A stretch of 64,000 bases of DNA from Anolis carolinensis (lineage: Eukaryota). Positions 19,857 through 46,481 of the stretch are shown in pieces. The stretch spans positions 195,812,107 to 195,876,106 of the forward strand of contig NC_085844.1 of assembly GCF_035594765.1 (NCBI RefSeq), in the 5' to 3' direction. The notes beneath the pieces were generated by a model that saw nothing but the letters and a program-made list of their open reading frames with translations, made no database searches and was not told the DNA's origin. The position numbers and the translations under genes are program-made. Within the stretch, counting starts at the first letter, position 1. Each line of letters begins with the position of its first letter.

Positions 19857-20615
19857 AATATAAGCTTTTATACCTTTCCCATAAAACTGGAAGTCAGCAT
19901 TATTTACTAAAGCTGAATATTAGAAGATTCAGCATAAGTAAAGTAATACACATTGTGCATAATGCACTACCATGATTATTGTTATAGCTACTAACTGGAT
20001 GGTTTATAAGGGAATTAGAGAAGTCATGGAGAATAGAGCCATCAATGCTTGTGTTGCACTCCTGTGCTGCTCTTTGTGGGCTTCCAGGAGGCGTGTAGTC
20101 GGCCACTGTGAGCACAGAATGTTGGATTACTTAGGCCTTTGGCCTGAATCACTTTCAGGGACACCATAGAGGATGGAGGAAAGTATTACCATACCAAATA
20201 AGAATTCTGTTCCCCAATGAACTTTTTAATTTTAAATATCTTTATTATCAGAAAAATTTATACAGTGAGGTTTTAAAAAAAAGAGGGGAAAAGGTTTAGG
20301 GTAATGTGAGGGTAGATGGATTGGGGCTGGGGAGGTTGACTAGAAGGGGGAAAAGGAGGGGTTGAAGGGGATTAAGGAAGGGTTTAGGGTCAGAGGGTTT
20401 TCTTTGTAACTTCCCATTTATCCTTCTGTGTTAAAAGTCTGTTTTGTAGTTTATTCTTGTTAGTCAATGGTTTTTTTCTTCAGCACTGCAGACATTGAGA
20501 CATTGAGAATTGCTCAAACCTATAAATCTGTGCTCTGTTTTCCTTTATGACTTTGCCAGCCCCTTTTCTTTGGATGCCTAACTGCATTTCTAATGCTTAA
20601 CCCAGGTTTTAAGTA

Positions 20616-20938
20616 CAGTAGAGTCTCACTTATCCAACACTCGCTTATCCAACGTTCTAGATTATCCAACACATTTTTGTAGTCAATGTTTTCAATACAT
20701 CATGATATTTTGGTGCTAAATTCGTAAATACAGTAATTACTACAAAGCATTACTGCGTATTGAACTACTTTTTCTGTCAAATTTGTTGTATAACATGATA
20801 TTTTGGTGCTTAATTTGTAAAATCATAACTTAATTTGATGTTTAATAGGCTTTTCCTTAATCCCTCCTTATTATCCAACATATTCGCTTATCCAACATTC
20901 TGCCGGCCCGTTTAGCTTGGATAAGTGAGACTCTACTG
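20616..20938. mobile_element. Tc1/mariner MITE
   Basis: Same TIR and TA TSD as the 11700 copy. Confidence 0.85.
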
Positions 20939-21018
20939 TAGTTGCATAGAAAACTGGGGAATGAAGAAAAATTTAGTTGTGAGGCAATGCTTTCATCCTC
21001 TTTTAGCTACACCATTAT

Positions 21019-21162
21019 NNNNNNNNNNNNNNNNNNNNNNNNNNNNNNNNNNNNNNNNNNNNNNNNNNNNNNNNNNNNNNNNNNNNNNNNNNNNNNNNNN
21101 NNNNNNNNNNNNNNNNNNNNNNNNNNNNNNNNNNNNNNNNNNNNNNNNNNNNNNNNNNNNNN
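21019..21162. other. Assembly gap (N run)
   Basis: Run of N bases. Confidence 0.99.
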
Positions 21163-22550
21163 CAGATGAATTGATGTCATATGGGAACTTTAAGTAGCAG
21201 GTGAACCTAGCCCTTGTTGACTCTAGCCATTGGACAGTTTCTACAGTGGGCAACATAGTTCATTTCAAACATTATCTAAGTCCCCATATGTCCTGGCATC
21301 ATAGTCAGTACAGGAAGATAGTGAGAGCTTGCAGGCTTCTGCAAACTATGCATGTTGTTTTCAGAGTTGTCCTAAGATGTAATCCTTGAAACATGGATTT
21401 CAGCACTCAGCAACTGAATAATATCACAGATAATATCACAGATCTACAGTACCCTACCCTACAATAACTTTTTGGGTAGGATCCACACATTCAGGGTGTA
21501 GAGAATATCATCAAAACAAAAAAAGTCCACCCAAAGCACTTTTTTCCTGTATGCACTGGCTACACTTTCCTCCCAGCAAATAGAATTACAGTATGTTGAT
21601 ATAAACCCCTCCCAAGCCATTTTAGCATAAATCTGTATTCTGAGAAGCAGAATTGTGGCAATCTGCCAAAATGCTAGCTCAATGCAAGAAGGATATACAG
21701 ATTTTCGTAGAGTCAGGAAATATAAATAGGGGTCAGGAGACACATAGAACACTCACCTGAATGCAGTTCACAACCCTAAACCTCCTCCTTGCCCTGGGTA
21801 CATTAAACTTTTCATTGGAGTCACAAAATGCCTAACAACTTTCTCAGTATAAATCTGTTTTTTAACATTCCTGGCAGGTGAGACTCAAAGGCAGTGAGCA
21901 TAAAATCTGCTTCTGCTCTGCAACTTGTTTGGTAGAGTTCTTCTTTTATTAAAGAAAAGTTAAGCATTGTCTTCTTGGATAAAGCCCAAAACTTACATAG
22001 TCCCTGTTTTTATTTCTTGTTTGAGATTCTGGAGTAGGTATGTCCCTAATGCCCCTAATATCATCTATGGAACAGAGGCATGGGTGCCACAGACCTTTTG
22101 TCACTGAGTCATCAACATCATTAACACCATTGCATGCCACTATTACATTTATGCTACCAACCTTATCTCAGTTACTCTCAAAATTACAGCAAGATCCCTT
22201 TGTGTTATTGTTGTTAACAGCCTTCAATTCTACTTTTGATGGCTCTATGAATGAGAGACCTTAATGTTCCTCTTTCCTAAATAGCGCTGATAAGGTCTTG
22301 CAGATTCAAGTCTGTTGCTTTTATAACTGAGTCTATTCCCGTGGAATGTGGTTATTCTCTTTCCATACTGTCTTCTACCTTACCAAATACTATTGTCTTT
22401 TTCTTCTCATGATATATCCATAGTCCAACCTCAGTTTAGACATTGTGGCTTCTAGGAAGAGTTCAGATTGATTTGGAGACATTTAATCATTTCAATGACA
22501 GCAACAAATATGTTATAGACAAGCCCAAACAAAATTGTGACATATTAGAG

Positions 22551-22556
22551 TTTATT
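22551..22556 (-). terminator. Polyadenylation signal, PGB-like copy 2
   Basis: AATAAA about 80 nt after the stop codon. Confidence 0.6.
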
Positions 22557-22634
22557 ATTTTGATTGAAAGTCATTCTATCAGAGTCCAAGAGAACAGAAG
22601 CATAAGATTGGAGAGAAACTGGGTTTTGTCACAT

Positions 22635-29287
<6,653 letters not shown>

Positions 29288-29348
29288 GGTGATAGGTATC
29301 TGATGTCTTCTTCTGGAGAAAGCACAGTTACCACTGTTGTGTCTCTGG

Positions 29349-29355
29349 TTTTATA
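29349..29355 (-). promoter_or_regulatory. TATA box of PGB-like copy 2
   Basis: TATAAAA about 60 nt upstream of ATG 29287. Confidence 0.75.
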
Positions 29356-29626
29356 CTCAGAGAATAATTGTCGTTTTCTGCCTTATCTATTCATTCTTAA
29401 TTTACCATATCATTACAAACAACATTATCTACACTTCTGTTTCCTCGTGAATGATAGCGCATTAATGCCCTTTGATACAAACGGTGCCCTTGGTTTTGAC
29501 AAAATGGAATGAGTGAGTGCTGATGAAAAAAATCTGAAAGCTTTGTGACTAGCCCCAAAAAGTGATAAGATATCAAAAGGCCAGAGTAGTATCACTTTCC
29601 TTGGGAAATGTTGGTATCGTTTTCTG

Positions 29627-29627
<1 letters not shown>

Positions 29628-29666
<39 letters not shown>
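29628..29666. repeat. (ATTT)n microsatellite in the PGB-like copy 2 promoter
   Basis: About 9-10 ATTT units. Confidence 0.9.
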
Positions 29667-29668
<2 letters not shown>

Positions 29669-32600
29669 ATGACAAAGGACAAATTACCTGTAGCTGGAGA
29701 GATCCAAATTTTATTTGACTACGACACATGTAAAACAATAATGCCCGGCTTCTCCCCTTCTGAATCATTGTGTCATTTGTTCTCTGACCTTGGGAAGCTG
29801 TTCTAGGCAGTAACTACATTCAGTCCAGAGTGATCATGATGGTGGTCAGATGCACTGGGCCAGACACACTGTGGTGCCACATAGGTGTTCAGATGGTTCA
29901 GTTGAGCTGAGACTACATCGGTTTTGCTGGAATGTCTTTGGGACTCTATGTTGCTGCCATCACTCCTTGTTTGCCATGGACCTCACTGCAAGTACCTGGC
30001 TGTTGTGGTTATATTGGGTAATGTCATAATGCAGCACCCACATGACCTGCAAGGAGAGAGTAGATTGACCCCTTTTTTCTTCCTCATAATGTAGGTACCC
30101 CATTTTCTTGCTTATAATGCAGACAGTGGCACCCCATCAGCTGGCAGAGAGTTGTGGTGGTGACATAGAGTGGAGCCATCCTCTTCCCCTGTGCTGATCA
30201 GTGTAGGGAAGAGATGATGGTAGTGGTGCCTTTTTGGTCATAGGATTTGGATAAAACTGACCAAATCCAGCTGTCCAGACTGCTGAGAATCCTGCTGAAG
30301 TTTCCTGCAAACTTTGGAGTATTCCCCAACTTAAAGCAGAGCAAAGTCAGACTAAGGAGAAAATTCTTACCAGAAGTCACCATGCATTGTGAAGACAGCC
30401 AGCACTAGTTTGAGGTGAATCCATGGTTTGTTTGGTTTTTGCCCTTACACATAAGCACTTAGTGCAGGTAGTATTTAAGGAATGTCTATCTCTGTATAAG
30501 GGTGCATCTATACATGCCATTTATTCTGAAGCTGGTCCAAAGTAGCAATACTGCCTCTTGCCATTGCCGGACACCCAATGGAGCTCCAGAAGAACCCCTG
30601 GCCATAGCAAGGCACCTTTACCTCACTCACATGACTGGGGGAAAGGAAGGAAGATCTCCATTTCCTTTCCCTGGTTATATTTGTGCCTTTGCTAATATGA
30701 GCAAAGGTATCCAGCTACAGCCAGCAGCTCTCCGAAGCTCTGTGGCCATCTACCACAGCATTGAGAAGACAACAGAGGGCTGATCCAGTTCCTTTCCCCT
30801 GTACTTTAGACCTGTTTGTATTAGCACTGGTCCAGCTGTCCACACTAACCTCAAAGTGCAAGCCAGCCCCCAAGTTTTGGCATTATGACTTCTAATACAA
30901 CGGGATAAAATTATGCATTATGAACTGGAAGTCCTTGGATATAATCTGGACATCCAGATTCACTTTCTGGTCAAAATAGGGAAATAATGTCAACAGGCCC
31001 TCAGTCCATGTTGATGTTAAGAATTTATTTGTCTGTTTTGTGACTTCAAGTAATTTCTGATTTATGGCGATGCCAATGCAATACTTTCATGGGGTTTTCT
31101 TGGCAATATTTGTTCAGAGAGCGTTTGCCTTTGCTCTACTGAGGGGATTCAATGACATAGGAGTCTTGGCTGTCTAGTTTTGCCAGAACATTTTGAGGGG
31201 ACACAGCTCCCATTCTAGCAACCCATTCCAATGTCCATGTCTCTAGCCATTTCCAACTTCATTTTTGTTGTCACAATCCTATATAGCCATTGTGTACTAT
31301 ATAGCATAGTAACAACATCCCAGTGCAATGAATTCTGCTATGGCATCCTGCGCCAAGCCACACTTACCAGCAAGTAGCTTCTGGGATCCAGAGAGGTCAA
31401 TTTCCCTGTTGATCACTGTCCAACATTCTCACCCCCTTTCCATTAGTGATCTTTGGCACAACAGTCAGAAAACGACCTCTATCTCAAATCCCCTTGTTCC
31501 AAAAGTTTTGAAGTGGGGAGGGGCAGGCACCAAACTGCAGGGGAATGGAGTCTGATGAATGCTAGTGAATGCTTTCTAGTAAATGGCATAGAGATGAGAA
31601 ATACATGGCAGTTGCAAATGAGTGACTGTGGGTTATATATTCACCATTTCCCAACAGGATTCGGACCTCTATTTCTGGCATTTTGGGTTCCTCCACAAGG
31701 GATCTCTGGAGTAGAAAATTGATCCATAGACCTGCAACAGTTGCCCACCACTGCCATATTGGCACTGTATCAATGGATACTAACATATTGTATATACGTG
31801 TGCAGTAAAATTGTTCATGTGCAGTTTAGCCTTTGCATTAGGATAAGTATTTGTTTATGATTAGGGGGAAAGATTGTACAATTGCATATTCTGGTTGGAC
31901 ATAAAGAAGTCAGAAAGACCACATCCAAAGGTGCTGTAGAAAATGCTTCATGGAATGGCATTTGGGAGACACCTTACACATTGCCAGTAATTAAGGATTG
32001 GATAAGACAAACATGAAACCAATACCTTCATCAGCACACTATACACTTAGAATAACTTCAAACATAACACAAAGCAAATCCTTCTGCCTTTTAATAAACT
32101 TTAGAAGACACCAGACCAACAGGCTCATATTATTTTAGAATTATCTTCCAAATGTAATATAATTGGAAGTTGAGTAAACATCATATAGTATCAACTAGAT
32201 GATGCTCAGACATACAGAAGCATTGCATTAAATATCTCCCTGTCAGAAATATAAATAACTCCAATAGTGCACAGTAAGTGAGCAAAATTTGTTTCAGGGC
32301 TAACTATATTATTTTGTTATTTGAGGCAAAAGAGAAGATGGGGCTCCTTTCTGTGAACAGAAGCTGATTTGATTGGAACTGAATCTTACATCAACAATAC
32401 TGAGAGAATAGTATTCTTGTCTACAGCTGAGGAGAGCAGATTTGTTGACAGAATGCATGTTGGAGATCTGAGAGGGACAGCTATTATTGTCCGCCAGCAT
32501 CTCTCACCTGAAGCCATGTCTGATGTTAAGGGAGGGTTCCGATTTGTCTTTGCATGATGACAAGGGTGACATGAGGAAGAAACTGTGTTGATGCTGGGCC

Positions 32601-32856
32601 ACAACATTGTATTAACTTCCCCATAATTCACATGTATCTCAGCAGCATCCCTGCTAAATGAATGTAATTGTCCTGCCTTTACCTTGCAGAGAACTGAGGG
32701 GAGGAAAGGGAAAATCTGTCCGCTCAGGCTTTTTCATGCATTGAATTTTTGTTTCCTTTTAGATCTCCATGCCAAATATGAAGTTTGGGTAAATTCTTAA
32801 ACATGAAGTGCACTGAATTTTTTAGTCATTTGTACTCTTAAAACTCAATTGGCATT

Positions 32857-33090
32857 GTGTTGTCAAAGGCTTTCATGGCCGGAATCACTAGGTTGTAGTG
32901 AGTCTTCCAGGCTGTATGACCATGTTCTAGAAGCATTCTCTCCTGACGTTTCACCCACAACTATGGCAAGCATCCTCAGAGGTCGAGGGGTCTCAACCTC
33001 TGAGGATGCCTGCCATAGTTGTGAGCGAAATGTCAGGAGAAAATGCTTCTAGAACATAGCCATACAGCCTGAAAGACTCACAACAACTCA
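32857..33090. mobile_element. Penelope-derived inverted pseudo-LTR pair (palindrome) with hammerhead-like cores
   Basis: About 95-bp arms centred near 32990; each arm has CTGAGGA...GAAA.GTC. Confidence 0.8.
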
Positions 33091-33280
33091 ACAGACATTG
33101 CTATATTCAATGTGGAGAACATATTGTATCTCAAATAATCTCATATGGAAAATCCTTAAGCTGCCAGAGAACCCCATAAAAGTCTTCCTGTGTTGTGTTT
33201 CCATTTAATTCAGGAGAATGAGTGCTGCAGCTATCAAATGCACTTCACCTCTGCTCACCTTTTATGTGCAAGTAAGCATT

Positions 33281-33394
33281 GGGTTACTGTGAGTTTTCTA
33301 GGCTGTATGGCCCTGTTCCTTTACATGGCCATACAGACCAGAAAACCCACAGCAACTCAGTGATTCTAGCCATGAAAGCCTTCGACAACACATT
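33281..33394. mobile_element. Penelope pseudo-LTR fragment (short palindrome)
   Basis: CTGTATGGCC / GGCCATACAG arms and CATGAAAGCCTTCGACAACAC end, reverse complement of about 32857-32880. Confidence 0.7.
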
Positions 33395-33708
33395 AAGTAA
33401 GCATTCATTATCATTATTTTTTAAAGGAGCGATCTATTATTTACTGTGAAAATAAATCCCTGAATGAGTTGTTATCATATCATTATCTTAGTCATTTTAC
33501 CCTAAGAGACCAAAATAGGGAGGTGATTAACTTGTATGACAACTGTACATTTTTAAACCACCTTAAGAACTAGGAATAGGAGAAGGCATACATAATTCCA
33601 TTCTGCAGCTTAGCAAATACTTTGGGATATCACATTTATCCTAAAAAATTCTTTAAAAACACACAAAAAGTAAGGAAAAATCCACATGGATCAAGTTTGT
33701 TTAATTAT

Positions 33709-33714
33709 TTTATT
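33709..33714 (-). terminator. Polyadenylation signal, PGC
   Basis: AATAAA about 210 nt after the stop codon, followed by U/GU-rich sequence. Confidence 0.6.
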
Positions 33715-33921
33715 TGTTTGCAGTAACTTTGGAGAGAAAGCCAACAATCATGTTATGGATTTTTCACAGGAGGTATTTCAAATGCTGCAGAAGAAAAACA
33801 TCCAAGTTCTTAGAAAGGGAAATGAATGAGTAAGTGGTGGACTTAATGTGTAGCAAACAGAAGCATCGGAAAGAGGAAGAATGAAGAGGCTTGAAGAGGC
33901 TCGTAAGGATGCTGGATGAGT

Positions 33922-41353
<7,432 letters not shown>

Positions 41354-41447
41354 GGTGCTCTTTTCTTAGGTGCAGCTTCTGAATTCTTTAGGTTCTGCAG
41401 CTTGGTTTTAGAATACCATGTGGGTTTTCATGTACCAGGGCTGCTAC

Positions 41448-41454
41448 TTTTATA
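41448..41454 (-). promoter_or_regulatory. TATA box of PGC
   Basis: TATAAAA about 95 nt upstream of ATG 41353. Confidence 0.75.
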
Positions 41455-41515
41455 CCCTACATGATGCTGTTTCCTCCACCCACTTTCAGAAATGCCACAT
41501 TCACAGATCAGGACC

Positions 41516-41684
41516 TTATCTCTGGGTAAATAAAACTTCACTCTGAGGTTCTTCTTAGAGCTCCTTTATCTCTGGAATGTGGGTTAGCGTTAACCCCATA
41601 TGTTAGAGGCAGAGGTCCATACTGTTTCTTATCATCATGCATTCAGTTATCTTAAAAAAATAACCTATCTAACTTGCTTTATCT
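41516..41684 (-). promoter_or_regulatory. Cluster of six GATA motifs in the PGC proximal promoter
   Basis: WGATAR on the sense strand at 41516, 41566, 41629, 41647, 41665 and 41679. Confidence 0.6.
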
Positions 41685-43396
41685 TTCACTTGTTTGAGTT
41701 ATAATAGTTAGTCTGATGTGTGTTTTCTCAAGGGGGAGTGAAAGAAAAGGTCTATAGGTGGAACCTGGATCTGAATGGAAAAAATCATGTCTAACATAAG
41801 TAGTTATGCCACCTTTAATGTTTCTATTCAAAGTCTTATCAGTATTATGTCACCATTGCACCACATCATGGAAAGTCCCATTATTTATTCTTGGATTAGA
41901 TTATGTAAAAATACCAACATCAACTAGTCTTATGCAGTACAATGTCATGTGGAGGACCACGTTTTGCCATTCCCTATGTCATAAATTGGGCTACATTTTG
42001 GTGAATCCTTGGTTCAGAGTTTTGGATACAAGTCTTCTCCACCACCTGCTGCTCATGTTTCCTTCAATTCAAGAATAGGCAAAGGGTGGTTTTCCAAATG
42101 TTGTTGGATGTGATCACCCCTCATCATAGGCCATACTAACCAGGGCTATGGAAACTACAGCCCACCATCAGCTGCAGCGTGTTAGGTGGACTAGGGTGCC
42201 TTGACTTAACCATATGCATAGGAAAACATCAGTTTTAATGCTACACTGTGAAGATGAACTCCAGTTCACGCTAATACTTACTTGACTCTTGGAATATTTG
42301 CAGGAATGTACTGAATTGAGCATTGTTCTTAGTGGAGCATTCATACACCCACTTGGCATCAGTAAAGTAACATTCCAGAAAGAAAAGAAAGGCCGTCACA
42401 CAACTACGGTAATAGTCACGCAAGCTAGCCCTCACACAAACGTGGAAGAATGGCTACATATAGACAGAGTAATGCTTTTTTTCTGTTCTGTTAGTACTAG
42501 TGACGTATAGCACAACTCTCAAATGCTGTCCACTCTTCCTGTTTTAGGACTCTCCCCACTATGGAGGATTTCCCCAATCACGATTCTTTATAATCAAGGT
42601 GAGCTATGTGTGGCCCTCAGGATCCCACGTGACCTATGAGGAAGTTTCTGTCAGTCCCTGGTCCTTCCAAGTCCTCTTCAACACTTCTATGAGTTGAAAA
42701 AAAGATCTATTTGCTTTTCATTCAAGCCTGTAAGAGCCATACATTGCTACTAGTGTAACTAGTAATGTTTTATGTCCATTTTAGTATTCCTGGTTCTTAG
42801 ATTTTGAGCATTGTTTGGATTGAGATTTAATGCTAATGGTTTATACTTTCTTGCTTATTTAACTTTGTTTTGACTGGACAAATATTCTATCTGACCATGT
42901 TTTTATTTCAATTGTGTTTTTGTTTTGATAGACTGTTTGTTTATTGTCTTATGGAGAGATGGTGGTGGGGTATAAGAATAAAGTTGTTGTTGTTGTTGTT
43001 ACTATTACAACAAGTTTCTTTGTAATGGTAATTTTAGATCCTTTTTGTCAGAAAATCTAATTTCAGATCACGTTCTTATTAATCCTAAATTTCCTCCCTT
43101 AACAAAATAATGGAAAGGAATAAAAAGTGCAACAAATAATGCAATAAGTTACGTTTTAAACATGTAATGAAAATAGGTTACTTTTCAAACACCCAAATAA
43201 CTTAAATGTTTTGCTTTTAAAAGTAACTTTCTAATGTCTTATCAGACTATTTATTGAGACCAATGACATCTATACTAAGCTAACTTTAGTAGTGTCAATC
43301 TGGCTGCCAAGCATTTCTGATAGGAGGCTTTCTCAAACTTACTTAGAGGAGCCAGGAGAAGCCAGGAGATGAACCCAACACCATCTGTGTATAAAA

Positions 43397-44089
43397 CAGT
43401 GGTTCCCAACCTGTTTTTGACAAGGGCTCACTTTGATCAGGGCCCACTTGACCAGGGACCACTCTCTAACATTAGTACCAAAAGGGTTACGAATCAGTTT
43501 CTGGTCAACTTTAGATTTGGTTTGGTTATTTGGGGTGCTGACTCAGGAAATTGCATTGATAGAACACATCAGCTCTAGCTTCTTATACAAAAATATGCCA
43601 TCCAGTAGTTGCCATCTGCAGGGCCGTAGCCAGAAAAAAAAATTTGGGAGGGGTTTTGAAAATTTCAGGGGGCGGGGGGTTGAACCCCTAGCACCCCCTC
43701 CCCCAGCTACAGACCTGTCAATATCTGCTTGAGATAGTGGCTGGAGGGACTCTTAATGTTTTGCGTCTCATAGACTTAGCATGTAGATTTGGTTAACCAG
43801 TTAAAATTCATGAGTAAACCAGGTTTTTTTTTTAACCTGAAAATTTTCGGGGGAGGGGGGTGTTTAACCACTAACCCCCCCCCCCCCTTGCTACAGGCCT
43901 GGCCATCTGGTCGCCTACAGAAAACCATACTTAATAGTCTAGAACTGATGTGGTCTATCCAATGCAATAGTCAGCTCTGCAGAAGGGAGCAGAAATAAAA
44001 TAAATAAATAAATAGGAACGAGGTTTGAGGACTGGATTTTTTTCTCACGGCCCACTGCTTGGCCGTGGCCCACAGATTGAGAACCACTG
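43397..44089. mobile_element. hAT-type non-autonomous element containing a nested hAT MITE (43619-43901)
   Basis: Outer TIR CAGTGGTTC.CAA / TTGAGAACCACTG, TSD GTATAAAA/GTATTAAA; inner element with perfect TSD GCCATCTG. Confidence 0.8.
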
Positions 44090-45236
44090 GTATTAAAGTA
44101 TGTGCTCTACCATCATACAGCCCTTTTTCATAGACTTCATTTTGGATGAACAACAAATGACTTCCCATCCCTTTGCCATGAGCAGTTTTAAGAATAATTT
44201 TAAGATTTAATTGAAGCAGATCTGTAATGACGTGCCACCATGCCACCTGAAGCTAAGCAAAATCATGCAGGCAGGCCTGATCAGTACCTGGATGAAAACC
44301 ATCACATATTACCTGGGATCTCTAGGCAGGGTTAGATTAGAATTCTGCCCAAAGTCCTGGAAAACGAATGGCAGCCAGAACAACAATAGTAAATAAGATG
44401 CATTAATGACCTGATTCAATTTAAGGAATCTTCCTGTGTAACATTAAAAACACAAAAGAAAAAGAGAAAGCAGTTGCCCTATAATTTCAATATCATTTAT
44501 TATTTTGTTGATTAATTCTCCATGGCAGACTGTGTTCCCGTCTCCTTCATGCCCTCTTTCTCTGATCAAGGCAGTCTCAGTGGAGCATTTGCAACCCAAC
44601 AATATCTTTTTTTTTCTGGAGCTTTATCTGTCCATTTTAATCTGATTCAGGCAAAGTCCAGTGCCATGCTTATAGAAATGTAAGAGCTTTCTTTCCCTTC
44701 CCATCTATTCATCTGTCATGCTAAAACTACATTTCTAAGGAATGGGAAATCCTCCACAGCAGGTTTTTAGGATGTAAATGGAGGATTGGCAAAGGGATAG
44801 TGACCTCAGCAGAAGCATCTCCCATCCATAGAAACACTGCTTTGGATGCTGACCCTAGTTTTTTATTCTACGACTTGATGAAAGAGTTCTGTCCTCACAA
44901 CACTTTTCATCTTTGTCAACTTTCAGGAACATTAAAATCTTATCCATGGTGCACAGCAAATCCGCCTTTGGCTGTGCAAAGTCACTCAGAAACAGAGTGG
45001 CTGCCAGATAAAAAGCTCCCAGTGCCCACCTGGCACCATTCAGCTCAACAGGATTTGGCATTTAATATCAGATTGCATGCTGCGTGGCACATTTAGTGCC
45101 CTCTACAGTTCTGATTCAAAAATGGAGAGAAGATAAACAGCCATTCACTTAAAGTAGTGTTATCATGTATGATATGCTGTGGAAACATTGTGGTTCATAA
45201 TTATACTTCACAAGTAGAGTTCCAAAGGACAAAGTA

Positions 45237-45559
45237 CAGTAGAGTCTCACTTATCCAAGCTAAACGGGCCGGCAGAAGCTTGGATAAGTGAATATCTTGG
45301 ATAATAAGGAAGGATTAAGGAAAAGCCTTTTAAACATCAAATTAGGTTATGATTTTACAAATTAAGCACCAAAACTTCATGTTATACAACAAATTTGACA
45401 GAAAAAGTAGTTCAATACGCAGTAATGTTATGTTGTAATTATTGTATTTACGAATTTAGCAGCAAAATATCACGATATATTGAAAACATTGACTACAAAA
45501 ATGGCTTGGATTATCCAGAGGCTTGGATAAGCGAGGCTTGGATAAGTGAGACTCTACTG
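45237..45559. mobile_element. Tc1/mariner MITE (opposite orientation)
   Basis: Same TIR and TA TSD as the 11700 and 20616 copies. Confidence 0.85.
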
Positions 45560-45993
45560 TATATACAAAAACGCAAGCATGCAGCCAACACCATTACACA
45601 TACTCTGATCTGATGGATTTCTGCAAGATTTCCAATGCCAAGATGATTTTTTTTTGTGAACCTGAGCAATAAGATAGAGCCAGACAGCATTAAGCCAGTC
45701 ACTTCTACCATCACTTCCTTAAGATTCATCTTCAGATAGTCTGTGGGATGGTCAGGTTTACAGCAGTCTAATTGTCTATAATATATCAAGGTAGGGAGCA
45801 TTATACTTGTATGGCCTAGTGGTTTGAGCATTGGATTAAGACTCTGGAGAACAGAGTTTGAGTGCCTGCTCAACCATGAAAACCCACCATTCATTTCCAT
45901 GTTTGGTTTGAGGGTGGTATACATACTTTCATGTCACTTGTTATTTTATAATGATCCTATGAATTTCACAGGTTTTGGGGGCAAGGAATAATA

Positions 45994-46146
45994 GGGGCCC
46001 TTCCAGACAGGCCCTATTTCCCAGGATCTGATTCCAGGTTTTCTGCTTTAAACTGGATTATATGAGTCCACACTGCCAGATAATCTGGGATAAACAGAAA
46101 ATCTGGGATCAGATCCTAGAATATAGAGCCTGTCTAGAAGGGTCCT
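45994..46146. mobile_element. Palindromic MITE (Harbinger-like)
   Basis: CCCTTCCAGACAGGC / GCCTGTCTAGAAGGG ends. Confidence 0.65.
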
Positions 46147-46345
46147 AAGAGGCAGTTTGGCATTGCTTTCCTCTGAAATACAACCTACAACAACTGCTAT
46201 TATTTGCCTGCCTCTGCCTTGCCTGTGGTTCTGCATAGCTTCCAAGATAAAAGAGGATCTGGTACCTTCATGATATTTAGACTGTTGCTGAATTCTTATA
46301 AAAACATACAAGATCTGATGTAACAGTTCAAAGGTCTATCTAGAC

Positions 46346-46481
46346 CAGTGATGCACAACCTGTGGTCCTCCAGGTGTTTTGAACTTCTGTTCCCAGAATT
46401 CCTGACCATTGGACAAGCTGGCTAGGGCTTTGGGGAGCTGGAGTCCCAAATGCCTAGAAGGGCACAGGTTGCACACCATTG
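46346..46481. mobile_element. Short hAT MITE
   Basis: CAGTG.TGC.CAACCTGTG / CACAGGTTGCACACCATTG ends, perfect 8-bp TSD ATCTAGAC. Confidence 0.75.

Noticed and set aside
20925-21256. ORFs spanning X runs
   Set aside because: Artefacts of the N gap
29775-30860. GC-richer stretch resembling a decayed LINE or exon
   Set aside because: No continuous frame or motif I could identify; probably an old retroelement, but unsupported without a database search
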